Assembly (NCBI GenBank): GCA_022709525.1
Contig: JAKLIQ010000001.1
Coordinates: 338,679 to 402,678 of the forward strand
Direction of reading: 5' to 3'
Source of the DNA: Candidatus Omnitrophota bacterium
GTDB taxonomy: Bacteria > Omnitrophota > Omnitrophia > Omnitrophales > Aquincolibacteriaceae
DNA: 64,000 bases
The position numbers were made by a program, and so were the translations under genes. The first letter of the stretch is position 1. Every line of letters begins with the position of its first letter. The notes under the pieces were generated by a model. The model saw nothing but the letters and a program-made list of their open reading frames with translations. It searched no databases and was not told where the DNA came from. Of this stretch, positions 44,629-55,178 are shown in pieces.

Positions 44629-46170
44629 ATGGATCAAACCATCATTGTTCTTGATTTCGGGTCGCAGTACACGCAGCTGATCGCGCGGCGTGTGCGCGAA
44701 AACAAAGTTTTCTCCAAGGTCTATCCTTTCAGCGTGCCTTTTGACAAAGTCATGGCCGAAAAACCGAAAGGGATCATCTTTTCGGGTTCTCCGGCAAATG
44801 TCTACGGCAAAGGCGCTCCGATCCCCGATAAACGTTTTCTTCATTGCGGCGTTCCGATCCTCGGGATCTGCTACGGGATGCAGCTTCTTTCTCACAAGCT
44901 CGGCGGCCGCGTCCACAAATCCAAAAAACGCGAATATGGGTTCGCAAAACTTCACGTTTCCAAGCGCGAAAGCCCGCTTTTCCGCGGGATCCCGAAGACG
45001 ATCACTTGCTGGATGAGCCACGGGGATAAACTCGACAGGATCCCCCAAGGGTTCGAGCGGCTGGCTTATACGGAAAACGCGCCTTTCGCGGCTATGGGCG
45101 ATCCCGCGCGCGGGATCTATGCGATCCAATTCCATGCCGAGGTCGTTCATACCGAACTAGGTTCCAGGATCCTGAAGAACTTCCTGGTCGGGGTCTGCGG
45201 CTGCCGGCAGAACTGGACGCCAAAATCCTTCATCAAGGAAACCGTTAAAAAGATCCGCCAACAGGTCGGCCATGACCGCGTGGTGCTCGGGCTTTCAGGC
45301 GGCGTCGATTCCTCGGTCGCGGCCGTTTTGATCCACAAAGCCATCGGTAAGAAACTCAACTGTATTTTTGTCGATAACGGCCTGCTGCGTCTTAAAGAGG
45401 CCGATAAGGTTGAAAAAACATTCCGCGGTCATTTTAAAATGAATCTCAAAGTCGTTGATGCCGAAAAGATCTTTTTAAGCCGCTTAAAAGGCGTGATCGA
45501 TCCGGAGAAAAAACGCAAGATCATCGGCAAGACCTTCATCGATGTGTTCCAAAAAGAGGCGAACCGCTTGGGCAAGGTGCCGTTCCTCGCGCAGGGGACG
45601 CTTTATCCGGACGTGATCGAATCGGTTTCTTATTTCGGCGGCCCGACCAGCACGATCAAAAGCCATCACAACGTCGGCGGGCTCCCGAAGGATATGAAAT
45701 TCAAACTCGTCGAACCGCTTAAAGAGCTTTTTAAAGATGAGGTTCGCGCGGTAGGTTACGCGCTCGGGATCGACAAAGACATCGTGGGCCGGCAGCCGTT
45801 CCCGGGACCCGGCCTCGCGGTCCGTATTTTAGGCGAGGTCCGCAAGGACCGCTGCGATCTTCTACGCAAAGCCGACTGGATCGTGATCGATGAGATCAAA
45901 AAGGCGGGTTATTACGACAAGGTTTGGCAATCCTTCGCGGTCCTGCTTCCGATCCAAAGCGTCGGCGTGATGGGCGATGAGCGCACTTATGAGAACGCCG
46001 TCGCGGTGCGCGCCGTGACGTCTTTAGACGGCATGACCGCCGACTGGGCCAAATTGCCGCCGGAACTTTTGGGCCGCATCTCGAATCGCATCATCAACGA
46101 AGTGCGCGGCATCAACCGCGTCTGTTACGATATTTCCAGCAAACCCCCGGCTACCATTGAGTGGGAGTAA
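44629..46170 (+). CDS. guaA: GMP synthase (glutamine-hydrolysing)
   Basis: GATase1 domain (ILGICYGMQLL, catalytic Cys) plus the ATP-pyrophosphatase domain SGGVDSSVAAVL and the C-terminal dimerisation region. 513 aa. Confidence 0.92.
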   Translation: MDQTIIVLDFGSQYTQLIARRVRENKVFSKVYPFSVPFDKVMAEKPKGIIFSGSPANVYGKGAPIPDKRFLHCGVPILGICYGMQLLSHKLGGRVHKSKKREYGFAKLHVSKRESPLFRGIPKTITCWMSHGDKLDRIPQGFERLAYTENAPFAAMGDPARGIYAIQFHAEVVHTELGSRILKNFLVGVCGCRQNWTPKSFIKETVKKIRQQVGHDRVVLGLSGGVDSSVAAVLIHKAIGKKLNCIFVDNGLLRLKEADKVEKTFRGHFKMNLKVVDAEKIFLSRLKGVIDPEKKRKIIGKTFIDVFQKEANRLGKVPFLAQGTLYPDVIESVSYFGGPTSTIKSHHNVGGLPKDMKFKLVEPLKELFKDEVRAVGYALGIDKDIVGRQPFPGPGLAVRILGEVRKDRCDLLRKADWIVIDEIKKAGYYDKVWQSFAVLLPIQSVGVMGDERTYENAVAVRAVTSLDGMTADWAKLPPELLGRISNRIINEVRGINRVCYDISSKPPATIEWE

Positions 46171-46180
46171 AACCAAAAAA

Positions 46181-46272
46181 CGGGACTTGGGACCAGGGAC
46201 TCGTTTCTCGTTCTTTTTTGGTTTTTTGTAATCATTTAACGAGTCCCGAGGTACGAGCTGCGAGTCCCGAGC
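46181..46272. repeat. GGGACTCG/CGAGTCCC element, intergenic copy immediately upstream of the dnaE start
   Basis: cGGGACTtGGGACcaGGGACTCGtttctcgttcttttttggttttttgtaatcatttaaCGAGTCCCGAGgtacgagctgCGAGTCCCGAGc ends 1 nt before the dnaE ATG. Confidence 0.75.
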
Positions 46273-49200
46273 ATGTCACACAGCGATTTCGTCCATCTTC
46301 ATTGCCATACCGAATACAGCCTTCTCGACGCCACCTGCAAGATCGATGAGCTCATGGCTCGCGCCAAAGAACTTCGTTTCCCGGCGCTTGCCATGACCGA
46401 CAACGGCAACCTTTTCGGCGCCATCCAGTTCTATTCCAAAGCCATGAAAGAAGGCGTTAAGCCCATCATCGGCATGGGGGCTTATGTGGCGCCTGGCTCC
46501 CGCCTTGAAAAACAGGCTCACGGCATCAAAGAAGCGTCTTTTCATCTGACGCTTTTAGCCATGAACGAGCGAGGCTATAAGAACCTCATGAAGTTGGCGA
46601 GCATCGGATACACGGAGGGTTTTTACTATCGGCCCCGCATCGACAAAGAAGTGCTTAAAGAACATTCCGAAGGCCTGATAGGGCTTTCAGGCGGGCTTAA
46701 AGGCGAGATCCCGTATTATCTTTATCACGATGAAATGCATGACGCCCGCAAGATCGCCGAGGAATACGCCGGCATTTTCGGAAAAGACCGGTTTTTTCTT
46801 GAAATCATGGATCACGGCCTTGACCCGCAGAAAAAAGTCATCCAAGGTTCACAGAAACTCGCCAAAGATCTCAAAATCGGGATTGTTGCCACCAACGATG
46901 TTCACTACATCCACCAGAACCAGGCGATGGCGCATGACGCATTGATCTGTATCGGTACGGGTTCCAAGCTCGACGAACCGAACCGCATGCGTTACCAAGG
47001 CGACCAATATTACCTCCGGTCCGCCGAGGAAATGAAGGCCCTTTTTAAGGATATCCCCGAGGCGATCCACTCCACGATCGAGATCGCAAATCGCTGCAAT
47101 CTCGAACTTGATTTCCATAAGATCTTCCTGCCGCAATTCGCGCCGCCGGAAGGGAAAACACAAGTCCAGTATCTCGAAGAGCTTTGTTTTGGTCTTCTGC
47201 GCGAGCGTTTTTCGGGATCGATCCCCGCGAATTACGAGGCGCGCCTTCGCACTGAGATCAATCTCATCAACAAAATGGGTTATATCAGCTACTTTTTGAT
47301 CGTTTGGGATTTTATCCGTTTTGCCCGCGAAAAAAATATCCCTGTGGGTCCGGGCCGCGGGTCCGCCGCGGGCAGTCTCGTGGCCTATGCGCTTCATATC
47401 ACCGATATCGATCCCATCAGGCACCAGCTCTATTTTGAACGCTTTCTCAATCCCGAACGCGTCAGCATGCCGGATATTGATATCGACTTTTGTTACGAAC
47501 GCCGCGATGAAGTGATCGATTATGTGAAACGTAAATACGGCACCCAGAGCGTCGCGCAGATCATTACCTTTGGGACCATGGCGGCGAAAGCGGCCGTGCG
47601 CGACGTGGGACGCGTCATGGGTTTTTCATACGGGGAAGTGGATCGCATCGCGAAAATGATCCCGCTGGAGCTTAAGATCACGATCAAGCAGGCCCTGGAA
47701 CGCGAGCCCGCGTTAAAAGAAATGGTTAATTCGGATGCCAGGGTCGCGCAGCTGATCGGAACCTCTCAGGCGCTTGAAGGGCTTTCACGCCACGCCTCGA
47801 TCCATGCGGCCGGCGTTGTGATCTCGGATGTTCCGCTCACGGAACATGTCCCGCTTTATAAGACCGAAGACCAGATCTGTACCCAGTACACCATGAAAGA
47901 CCTCGAAAAGATCGGCCTTCTTAAAATGGATTTTCTCGGCCTTAAAACGCTTACCGTGATCGATGAAACGGTCAAGATCGTCCAGAAAATGCGCGCCGTC
48001 AAAGTGGATATCGTAAACCTTCCGGAGGATGATCCCGAGACCTATGAAATGCTTGCCAAGGGCGACGCGCTCGGGGTGTTCCAGCTTGAAAGTTCGGGGA
48101 TGCGCGACCTTCTTAAAAAAATGAGGCCGAGCCGTTTCGAACATCTTGTGGCCTTGCTCGCGCTTTACCGCCCGGGTCCGCTTGGGAGCGGCATGGTGGA
48201 TGATTTCATCAAACGGATGCGCGATCCCAAACTCATCAAGTACGATCATCCGGCGCTTGAACCAAGCCTGAAAGAAACTTATGGCGTCATCCTTTATCAG
48301 GAGCAAGTGATGCGGATCGTGAGCGATCTCGCGGGATTTACGCTTGCGCAAGCCGATTCGCTTCGCCGCGCGATCGGAAAAAAGATCCCGGAGGTCATGG
48401 CCAAGGAGAAAAAAGCCTTTGTAGACGGCGCCATGAAGCGCGGCGTCAAAGAAAAGGTCGCCGAGAAGATCTGGGAACTTATCGATTACTTTTCCGGCTA
48501 CGGTTTCAACAAATCCCATTCGACGGCTTACGCCGCGGTTTCTTATCAAACGGCTTATCTTAAGGCGCATTATCCGGTGGAGTTCATGACAGCGCTTCTT
48601 ACCTCGGAAATGAACAACACGGATAAGGTCGTGCAATACATCGAAGCCGCCAAAAAGATGGGGATCGATGTCCTTCCGCCCGCGGTCAACGAAAGTTTTT
48701 CGGATTTTACCTGCGTCGGTAATCACATCCGCTTCGGACTCGCGGCGATCAAAAATGTCGGTTCGACCGCGATCGAATCGATCATCGGTTCGAGGATGAA
48801 AGACGGGCCCTTCCGCTCGCTCTTTGATTTTGTCCAGCGCGTGGACCTTCGCACCTGCAACCATAAAGTCCTGGAAAGTTTGATCAAATGCGGGGCCTTC
48901 GATGAATGGAAGCTCCACCGCTCCCAGCTGATGGCCATGCTTGATACGGTTGTTGATATGGGTTCGAACCTCCAAAAAGACCGCAGCCGCGGCCAGCTTT
49001 CCTTTTTTGAAAGCGGCGCCGGCCCCGAAGCGTTTCATGATCAGCAAGCCGCGGTGCCAGATATTCCGGAATGGCCGGAAAACCAAAAACTTGCTTATGA
49101 GCGCGAATTGATCGGTTTTTATGTTTCTTCCCATCCTCTTTCCAAATACAGCAAGATCCTCAAGAATTACGCGACGGCTTCCACGGCCAATCTTTCGGAA

Positions 49201-49713
49201 TTCAATCATCAGGCGGAGGTCACGATCGGCGGGATCATCGATACGATGAAAGAGATCCTGACGAAAAAAGGGGATAAGATGGCCTTCATCAGCTTGCAGG
49301 ACCTGAACGGCTCCTGTGAAACGGTTATTTTTCCAAGTGTTTTTAAGGCCGCGGGGGACTTGCTTCAAAAAGACGCGCTTATTTTTGTGCGCGGGAAAGT
49401 CGATGCCCGCGACGACGTCGCAAAGATCCTCGCCGATGAGATCGTGCCCCTTGAAGAAGTTCCGAAGCGTTTTACGCGTCTCATCGCCGTCAATATCAAG
49501 ACAGCGGGCCTAAGCCCCGATGTTTTACAGGAAGTGCGGAAAATCCTCGTGAAGCATAAGGGAAGCACGCCTGTTTATCTTACCCTCCAGGACCCCAAAG
49601 GACGCATGACCGTTCTTGATTCCGGCGATAAGCTGAAAGTTTCGACCTCGGATGTTCTTTTTGAAGAACTCGAGCGTCTTTTAGGCGAAAATTGCGTTAA
49701 GATCCGCTCTTGA
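46273..49713 (+). CDS. dnaE: DNA polymerase III alpha subunit
   Basis: N-terminal PHP domain (HLHCHTEYSLLDA), polymerase core, C-terminal OB fold. 1146 aa. Confidence 0.92.
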   Translation: MSHSDFVHLHCHTEYSLLDATCKIDELMARAKELRFPALAMTDNGNLFGAIQFYSKAMKEGVKPIIGMGAYVAPGSRLEKQAHGIKEASFHLTLLAMNERGYKNLMKLASIGYTEGFYYRPRIDKEVLKEHSEGLIGLSGGLKGEIPYYLYHDEMHDARKIAEEYAGIFGKDRFFLEIMDHGLDPQKKVIQGSQKLAKDLKIGIVATNDVHYIHQNQAMAHDALICIGTGSKLDEPNRMRYQGDQYYLRSAEEMKALFKDIPEAIHSTIEIANRCNLELDFHKIFLPQFAPPEGKTQVQYLEELCFGLLRERFSGSIPANYEARLRTEINLINKMGYISYFLIVWDFIRFAREKNIPVGPGRGSAAGSLVAYALHITDIDPIRHQLYFERFLNPERVSMPDIDIDFCYERRDEVIDYVKRKYGTQSVAQIITFGTMAAKAAVRDVGRVMGFSYGEVDRIAKMIPLELKITIKQALEREPALKEMVNSDARVAQLIGTSQALEGLSRHASIHAAGVVISDVPLTEHVPLYKTEDQICTQYTMKDLEKIGLLKMDFLGLKTLTVIDETVKIVQKMRAVKVDIVNLPEDDPETYEMLAKGDALGVFQLESSGMRDLLKKMRPSRFEHLVALLALYRPGPLGSGMVDDFIKRMRDPKLIKYDHPALEPSLKETYGVILYQEQVMRIVSDLAGFTLAQADSLRRAIGKKIPEVMAKEKKAFVDGAMKRGVKEKVAEKIWELIDYFSGYGFNKSHSTAYAAVSYQTAYLKAHYPVEFMTALLTSEMNNTDKVVQYIEAAKKMGIDVLPPAVNESFSDFTCVGNHIRFGLAAIKNVGSTAIESIIGSRMKDGPFRSLFDFVQRVDLRTCNHKVLESLIKCGAFDEWKLHRSQLMAMLDTVVDMGSNLQKDRSRGQLSFFESGAGPEAFHDQQAAVPDIPEWPENQKLAYERELIGFYVSSHPLSKYSKILKNYATASTANLSEFNHQAEVTIGGIIDTMKEILTKKGDKMAFISLQDLNGSCETVIFPSVFKAAGDLLQKDALIFVRGKVDARDDVAKILADEIVPLEEVPKRFTRLIAVNIKTAGLSPDVLQEVRKILVKHKGSTPVYLTLQDPKGRMTVLDSGDKLKVSTSDVLFEELERLLGENCVKIRS

Positions 49714-49767
49714 AGCGGATTATTTTCGTTAACCCCTGTCCGCGCCTGAAGTTACAACTTAAATCGC

Positions 49768-49796
49768 TTGACAGGGACCAGCGGATTTGCTATTTT
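49768..49796 (+). promoter_or_regulatory. Candidate sigma70 promoter TTGACA-N17-TATTTT upstream of hup
   Basis: ttgaca at 49768-49773, 17-nt spacer, tatttt at 49791-49796. Confidence 0.35.
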
Positions 49797-49866
49797 CTCG
49801 CATCTTCAAACAGGACAAGCAGTTGGGTGAAAACCCCCTTGCTTCTTCGATAAAGGAGGTGGGAAT

Positions 49867-50139
49867 TTGACTAAAAAAGATATCGTGATGAAGGTCTCGA
49901 ATGAAACGAATCTCACCCAGATCGATGTCAAGAAGATCGTCCAGAAAACCCTCGATGTTATTTCTGAAAGCCTTCAACGCGGTGAAACGGTCGAGTTGCG
50001 GAATTTCGGCGTTTTTAAAGTGAAGAACCGCCGGGGCCGTTTGGGACGCAATCCCAGGACCGGCGAGGAAGTGACCGTACCCGAAAAGAAGGTCGTGGTC
50101 TTCAAGCCCGGGCTTGTGTTGAAGATCAAAGTGAAATAG
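49867..50139 (+). CDS. hup: Histone-like DNA-binding protein HU
   Basis: 90 aa with the HU/IHF fold signature ...GETVELRNFGVFKVKNRRGRLGRNPRTGEEVTVPEKKVVVFKPG. TTG start 8 nt after AGGAGG; an in-frame ATG 21 nt downstream is an alternative. Confidence 0.85.
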   Translation: MTKKDIVMKVSNETNLTQIDVKKIVQKTLDVISESLQRGETVELRNFGVFKVKNRRGRLGRNPRTGEEVTVPEKKVVVFKPGLVLKIKVK

Positions 50140-50208
50140 AAGGGCGCAGGCCGCGTCCGGATAGTCTGTGACGCGGGTTGAATTTTGAAAGATCGTTAAG
50201 GAGGCGGT

Positions 50209-50505
50209 ATGGCAGAGAAGGGCAAAGTAAAATGGTTTTCGAACGTGAAGGGTTTCGGGTTCCTCCGCAAAGAAGGCGAGGAACGCGATATCTTCGTCCA
50301 CTATTCCGCGATCCAGGGAGAGGGCTACAAAAGGCTTAATCCCGACGAAGAAGTGGAATTCGATATCGTTCAAGGGGAAAAAGGCCCGTTAGCCCAGAAT
50401 GTTGTGCGCCACAAGAAGCCGAAAGAAGAAGCCAAGACCGAAGGCGCCCCGGCTCCCGACGTCAAAAAGGAAGCCAAAAAGAAAGAAGCGCCGGCAAAGA
50501 AGTAA
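50209..50505 (+). CDS. Cold-shock protein (CspA family) with a Lys/Ala/Pro-rich C-terminal tail
   Basis: [31 protein letters not shown] (RNP1/RNP2-like) plus a roughly 35-aa KKEAKK tail. Confidence 0.88.
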   Translation: MAEKGKVKWFSNVKGFGFLRKEGEERDIFVHYSAIQGEGYKRLNPDEEVEFDIVQGEKGPLAQNVVRHKKPKEEAKTEGAPAPDVKKEAKKKEAPAKK

Positions 50506-50547
50506 AACCGCCTTTTACTTCCACAAGTTCTCTTAAAACAGATCGGG

Positions 50548-50578
50548 CCCGCGGGATTCGTCCCGCGGGTCTTTTTTT
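50548..50578 (+). terminator. Rho-independent terminator after csp
   Basis: cccgcggga-ttcg-tcccgcggg followed by tcttttttt. Confidence 0.7.
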
Positions 50579-50598
50579 CCTGAAGCGGTCAAAATGTT

Positions 50599-51405
50599 AT
50601 GGCTAAAAAAACTCAGACAAGAAAATTACGCCGGTTCTTTACCCAACAAAAATTACAACATACACCGCATGATCTTTGGCTTGACCCGGCTGAGACCCAT
50701 CACCTCAAGAATATTGTCCGTTTGCGTCCGGGCGACAGCTGTCTGGTGACGGACGGGCAAGGCGGCGAGGCCGAAGCGGTGGTGGGCGAATTCGACGCCG
50801 AAGGCCGCGCTTGCCTCCAGATTCGGAAGATCCTCGTAAGGACCGGCTCGTTCGACGATGCCGTCACGCTTCGGGTTTTCCCCGTCATGTTGCGCAAAGG
50901 AAAAACAGATCTTCTTGTCGAAAAAGCCCAGGAACTTGGCGCGCACGAGTTTTGTCCGGTCACCTCCGAACATTGTGAGGTCCAGATCGCAGAGGAAAAA
51001 ACCGGCAAGATCGTTGAGCGCTGGAACCGCATCGCCCGTGAAGCGAGCAAGCAATCGGGCAATCTTAAGGTCCTCCGGATCCGGGAGCCCCAGGAATTCA
51101 AAAAAGCCCTTGCGGCTCTTCCTCCGGAAGAGCTTGTCGTGATCTTTCATCCGGGTCCCGACGCTTTGACTTTTCCGGCGTGGCTTAAACGATTCGCCGA
51201 AACGAAGGGTGCAGTCAAAGCCCTGAACATTTTCGTCGGGCCGGAAGGAGGGTTCTCCGAAGATGAGATCCGCTGGGCCCGGTGGCACCGCAAAGAAAAG
51301 AACCTGCATCTTGTCGGTTTGGGCGAGATCTTGTTTAAAGCCGATACCGCGTTCATCGGGATCCTCGCTTCGATCCGGTTCTCAAATATTCTCGTCGCGT
51401 CATGA
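50599..51405 (+). CDS. rsmE: 16S rRNA (uracil1498-N3)-methyltransferase RsmE
   Basis: PUA-like N-terminal region (RLRPGDSCLVTDGQGGE) and the SPOUT C-terminal motif FVGPEGGFSEDEI. Confidence 0.75.
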   Translation: MAKKTQTRKLRRFFTQQKLQHTPHDLWLDPAETHHLKNIVRLRPGDSCLVTDGQGGEAEAVVGEFDAEGRACLQIRKILVRTGSFDDAVTLRVFPVMLRKGKTDLLVEKAQELGAHEFCPVTSEHCEVQIAEEKTGKIVERWNRIAREASKQSGNLKVLRIREPQEFKKALAALPPEELVVIFHPGPDALTFPAWLKRFAETKGAVKALNIFVGPEGGFSEDEIRWARWHRKEKNLHLVGLGEILFKADTAFIGILASIRFSNILVAS

Positions 51406-52766
51406 CATCGCATCTTTCCTCCAAAAAGAATGTCCGTTTCTATACGGTCGGCTGCAAGGTCAATCAGTACGAAACACAGGCCATGCGCGAATCGCTCGAA
51501 CAAAAAGGTTTTCGGGATATCGAAGGGGAGCGCGGCGCGCCTTGCGATCTGGTCGTAGTCAATACTTGCACCGTGACCCAGGATGCGGACCGGACGAGCC
51601 GTTACTGGATAAGACGTCTGCGCCGCGAGCATCCCAAAGCCAAACTTGCCGTTACCGGCTGTTATGTTGAAAAAAACCGTCTCGAACTTCAAAAAATGCC
51701 TGAAATAGATTTGATCCTTTCGAATGATGAAAAACCTTCCCTTGCGGAAAAACTTTCGGTTCCCGCGCAAAGATTCGGAGAGTCTAGCAAAAGCGCTCCC
51801 TCTTCCTTTGCCGCTCTTTCGGTCAGCCGGTCGGAAGGGAAAACCCGGGCTTATGTAAAGATCCAGGACGGCTGTGATCATGCCTGCAGCTTCTGCAAGG
51901 TATCGATCGTGCGCGGCGGCTCCCGAAGCCGGCCTATGAACGCGATTCTTGATGAAGTGAAGCGGCTTTGCGAGAACGGGTACCGCGAGATTATCCTGAC
52001 AGGCATTCAGCTGGGGGCCTATGGGCGGGATCTTGGTTCTCAGACGTTTTCCAAAGAGGGGCGGCCATTTTTACGCGATGTGATCGAAGCCTGCTCTGCC
52101 ATCGAAAGGGTCGAACGCATCCGTCTAAGTTCGATCGAACTTATGGACCTGGACCGTTCCGTCCGGGAAGCGTTCCGAAGCGTCCCCAAACTTTGCCCGC
52201 ACGTCCACCTCCCGCTTCAGAGCGGGGATAACGAGGTGCTTGTCCGGATGAATCGCCGTTACACGCGGGAGGATTACCGGGAAGCGATCCTGGAACTTAA
52301 AGAAAACGTGCCCGATTTTGAATTTAGCGCCGATGTCATGGCGGGATTTCCCGGCGAAACAAAAAAACAATTTGAGAACACGCTGGAACTTTTAAAGATC
52401 TTACGCCCGCTTAAAACCCACGTATTTCCCTACAGCCCCCGGGAGGGAACGCTGGCCGCTTCGTGGAAGCCCCTTCCAGTAAAAGAGGTCCAGGGGCGCG
52501 TAAAACAGCTCATGGCGTTAAGCGAGCGTCTTTCGCGCGAGGTTCGCGAGCGGTATCTGGGTCGTTCGCTTGAAATTCTGGCTGAACATAAAAATGAGCG
52601 CACGGGAATTTCGGAAGGATTCACGCGGAATTATCTCAAAGTTTTTTTTGAGTGTTCACGGAACGTTCAAGGGTGTATCATACCCCTCAAATTAGAGAGA
52701 CTTTTTCAGGACGGTTTTCGCGGGGCCTTGGAAAGCCCCGGCCAGGAATACGGGAGGGCATTTTAA
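51402..52766 (+). CDS. MiaB/RimO-family radical-SAM methylthiotransferase (MtaB-like)
   Basis: UPF0004 N-terminal domain (RFYTVGCKVNQYETQAM...VVNTCTVT), radical SAM CDHACSFC, C-terminal TRAM-like region. Confidence 0.75.
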   Translation: MTSHLSSKKNVRFYTVGCKVNQYETQAMRESLEQKGFRDIEGERGAPCDLVVVNTCTVTQDADRTSRYWIRRLRREHPKAKLAVTGCYVEKNRLELQKMPEIDLILSNDEKPSLAEKLSVPAQRFGESSKSAPSSFAALSVSRSEGKTRAYVKIQDGCDHACSFCKVSIVRGGSRSRPMNAILDEVKRLCENGYREIILTGIQLGAYGRDLGSQTFSKEGRPFLRDVIEACSAIERVERIRLSSIELMDLDRSVREAFRSVPKLCPHVHLPLQSGDNEVLVRMNRRYTREDYREAILELKENVPDFEFSADVMAGFPGETKKQFENTLELLKILRPLKTHVFPYSPREGTLAASWKPLPVKEVQGRVKQLMALSERLSREVRERYLGRSLEILAEHKNERTGISEGFTRNYLKVFFECSRNVQGCIIPLKLERLFQDGFRGALESPGQEYGRAF

Positions 52767-53333
52767 GTGGAATGGTTTTGGCAGGCCGTCGAATATGTTC
52801 AAAGAAGCACCCTGTTCGCCGCCGTGGCTCGTTTTGCGCCGATCGATTGGATCTTCTTATTTGTTCTCTTATGGGGCCTGGCCCAGGGCAGCCGCAAAGG
52901 TTTCTGCGAAATGTTCGGGCGCTTGTTCGGGATCTTCATTGTCAGCATGGGGACCGTGAGTCTCTATAAAAAAAGCGCCGGTCTTTTGACGGATGTATTG
53001 CCGGCCCTTCCTCCTAAAGTCGCCGAACCGATCGCCTTTTTTTTGATCGCCGTCTTTCTTTGGTTTTCCGTTTCTTGGTGTCTTAACGCTCTTGGAAAAT
53101 TCTTCAGATTGGAGGCCCACGGCCTCTTGAAAACTTTGGGCGGGATGGTCCTCGGGGCGCTTTACGTGGTCATGATCCTGAGTTTTGTGGCCCAATTCCT
53201 TCTTTTTCTTCCCATCAAGCCGGTGCAGGAGTCCTTCAAGCCCGGGCACACCTATACGGGTTATACGGTATCGCGGTTCGTGCCGGATCTTCACAAGATC
53301 GTTGTCAGTCCCTTCCGCAAAGCCGTCGCATAA
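52767..53333 (+). CDS. cvpA: CvpA-family membrane protein
   Basis: 188 aa, four hydrophobic helices (IDWIFLFVLLWGLAQG...). Confidence 0.5.
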   Translation: MEWFWQAVEYVQRSTLFAAVARFAPIDWIFLFVLLWGLAQGSRKGFCEMFGRLFGIFIVSMGTVSLYKKSAGLLTDVLPALPPKVAEPIAFFLIAVFLWFSVSWCLNALGKFFRLEAHGLLKTLGGMVLGALYVVMILSFVAQFLLFLPIKPVQESFKPGHTYTGYTVSRFVPDLHKIVVSPFRKAVA

Positions 53334-53341
53334 AGACGACT

Positions 53342-55135
53342 ATGGAACCAAAGAACTCTGGAACACGTTACGAGGAAAATATCATTGAGCAGGTCGCCGC
53401 GGCCAATGATATCGTCGAGATCATCTCCCAGTATCTTCCCCTGAAGCGCGCCGGGAGGAACCTCAAGGCGTGTTGCCCCTTCCATCAGGAAAAAACACCC
53501 TCGTTCATGGTTCAGCCCGAAAAGCAGATGTTCCATTGTTTCGGTTGCGGAGCCGGAGGCGATGTTTTCAGTTTTCTTATGCGTCACGAAAATATGACCT
53601 TCCCGGAAGCGTTGAAGGCCCTTGCCGACCGGGCGCATATCACACTCCCCGAAAAACGTTCCCACCGGGACGACGGGGGGCAGAAAGAAAAACTTTACGA
53701 AGTGTGCCAGGCCGCTGCGGATTTTTATCATGGACTCCTTCTGAAAGGCGCCGCGGCGGAAGCTCGGAATTACTTGGCTCGCCGCCATATTGCCGAAGAG
53801 ACGATCCGCGAGTTCAAGCTTGGTTGGGCGCCGGCGGAATGGCGATGTCTCTTTGACCATCTGACCCAGAAAAAATATCCCGAAACGCTTCTCAAACAGG
53901 CCGCCTTGATCCAGCAATCGCCCAAAGGCAATTATTATGATACGTTCCGCGGCAGGATCATCTTCCCGATCATGAATCTCCAGAACAAGGTGATCGCCTT
54001 CGGCGGGAGGGTCATGGCTGACAAAGAAGGGCCCAAGTATCTTAATTCGCCGGAAACGCCGATCTTTTCGAAGCGGCGCGAACTCTTCGGATTAAATCTC
54101 GCCAAAAAACACATTGACCGGGAGTGGCCGAACCTGATCCTCGTGGAAGGGTATATGGATTTCCTGGCGCTTTACCAGCATGGTTTCAAGAATGCCGTTG
54201 CGACGCTGGGAACGGCTCTCGGGGAGGATCATGTGCGCCTTATGAGGCGTTTTGTGGAAGAAGTGATCGTTGTCTATGACGGCGACAAGGCGGGGGAAGC
54301 CGCGGCTCTCAGGGGCTTGGAGATCCTCTTGGAGGGCGGAATGCAGGTCAAGCTCGTGAGTTTGCCCAAAGGAGAGGATCCCGATGATTTCTTGAACAGG
54401 CGCGGCGACGAAGCATTCGCGGCGCTTCTTAAAAACGCCAAAGATTTCTTTGATTACAAATTAAAAGCGCTTCTCGCGCGCTATCCGCGTCAGGACGCGC
54501 TCGGCCTTTCAAAGATCAGCCGCGAGATGTTTGAAACCTTCCTTAAAGTCAAAGACACGGTCATGCTCGCGGAATATTTCAAGCGCCTCGCCCGCTCCCT
54601 GCAGGTAGATGAAAATTCTCTGCGCGCTGAATTTTCAAAACTCGGCAAAAAGACCATTTATTCAAAAGAACCCTCGGGGGAGACCGTTCCCGCCGAAAAA
54701 ACAGTCCCGCCCCCAACCGAAGAGCTCTTGCTGCTTGCCCTTATCGCCGAAGTGCCGCCTTTTTGCGGCAAGGCCTGCGAGGAGCTTCGGGAAGAAGACC
54801 TTAAAGCGCCCGTTTCCAGAGAGCTTTTTGCCTATCTTCATCAACTGAGCGGGCAGGGGAAGAAGTGCTCTCTCTCGGGACTTTTGGCCAGGATCCCGGA
54901 CCCCTCATACCGGGAGAAACTTATCGCTATCATGGCGTCGCTTGATGAGACGGCCGACCGTGGCCAAGTCCTGACGGATTGTATAGGGAAGATCAAGAAA
55001 AGGAACATAGAGCAGCGCAAGAAAGAATTAAGCCGTCTGATCTCTGAAGCCGAAGCGCGGGGGGATGGCCGCCAGGCCGTTACCTATGTCGAAGAGTTCC
55101 AGGAGCTTTCCAGGCGCTCCAAGAAGGCCGAATAA
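53342..55135 (+). CDS. dnaG: DNA primase
   Basis: CHC2 zinc finger [16 protein letters not shown]...[21 protein letters not shown] region (EGYMDF; VYDGDKAG). 597 aa. Confidence 0.9.
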   Translation: MEPKNSGTRYEENIIEQVAAANDIVEIISQYLPLKRAGRNLKACCPFHQEKTPSFMVQPEKQMFHCFGCGAGGDVFSFLMRHENMTFPEALKALADRAHITLPEKRSHRDDGGQKEKLYEVCQAAADFYHGLLLKGAAAEARNYLARRHIAEETIREFKLGWAPAEWRCLFDHLTQKKYPETLLKQAALIQQSPKGNYYDTFRGRIIFPIMNLQNKVIAFGGRVMADKEGPKYLNSPETPIFSKRRELFGLNLAKKHIDREWPNLILVEGYMDFLALYQHGFKNAVATLGTALGEDHVRLMRRFVEEVIVVYDGDKAGEAAALRGLEILLEGGMQVKLVSLPKGEDPDDFLNRRGDEAFAALLKNAKDFFDYKLKALLARYPRQDALGLSKISREMFETFLKVKDTVMLAEYFKRLARSLQVDENSLRAEFSKLGKKTIYSKEPSGETVPAEKTVPPPTEELLLLALIAEVPPFCGKACEELREEDLKAPVSRELFAYLHQLSGQGKKCSLSGLLARIPDPSYREKLIAIMASLDETADRGQVLTDCIGKIKKRNIEQRKKELSRLISEAEARGDGRQAVTYVEEFQELSRRSKKAE

Positions 55136-55178
55136 TTCGCTTGGTTTCAAAGGGCCGGATAACTATAATACGCAACTT

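Noticed and set aside
244-46272. Could the GGGACTCG repeats be a CRISPR array?
   Set aside because: Copies are palindromic. They are dispersed over 46 kb with irregular spacing, differ in internal length, sit inside ORFs in frame, and have no adjacent cas genes. They are not evenly spaced direct repeats with unique spacers.
47785-49368. 527-aa minus-strand ORF inside dnaE. The same holds for 43454-44530 in guaB3, 33144-34232 in ubiD, 30972-31871 in rluD, 16871-17800 in the ABC permease, 41545-42033 in lpxD, and others.
   Set aside because: Each lies antisense within a confidently identified conserved gene. They are low-complexity, Arg/Pro/Gly-rich shadow ORFs of the kind expected in GC-rich coding DNA.
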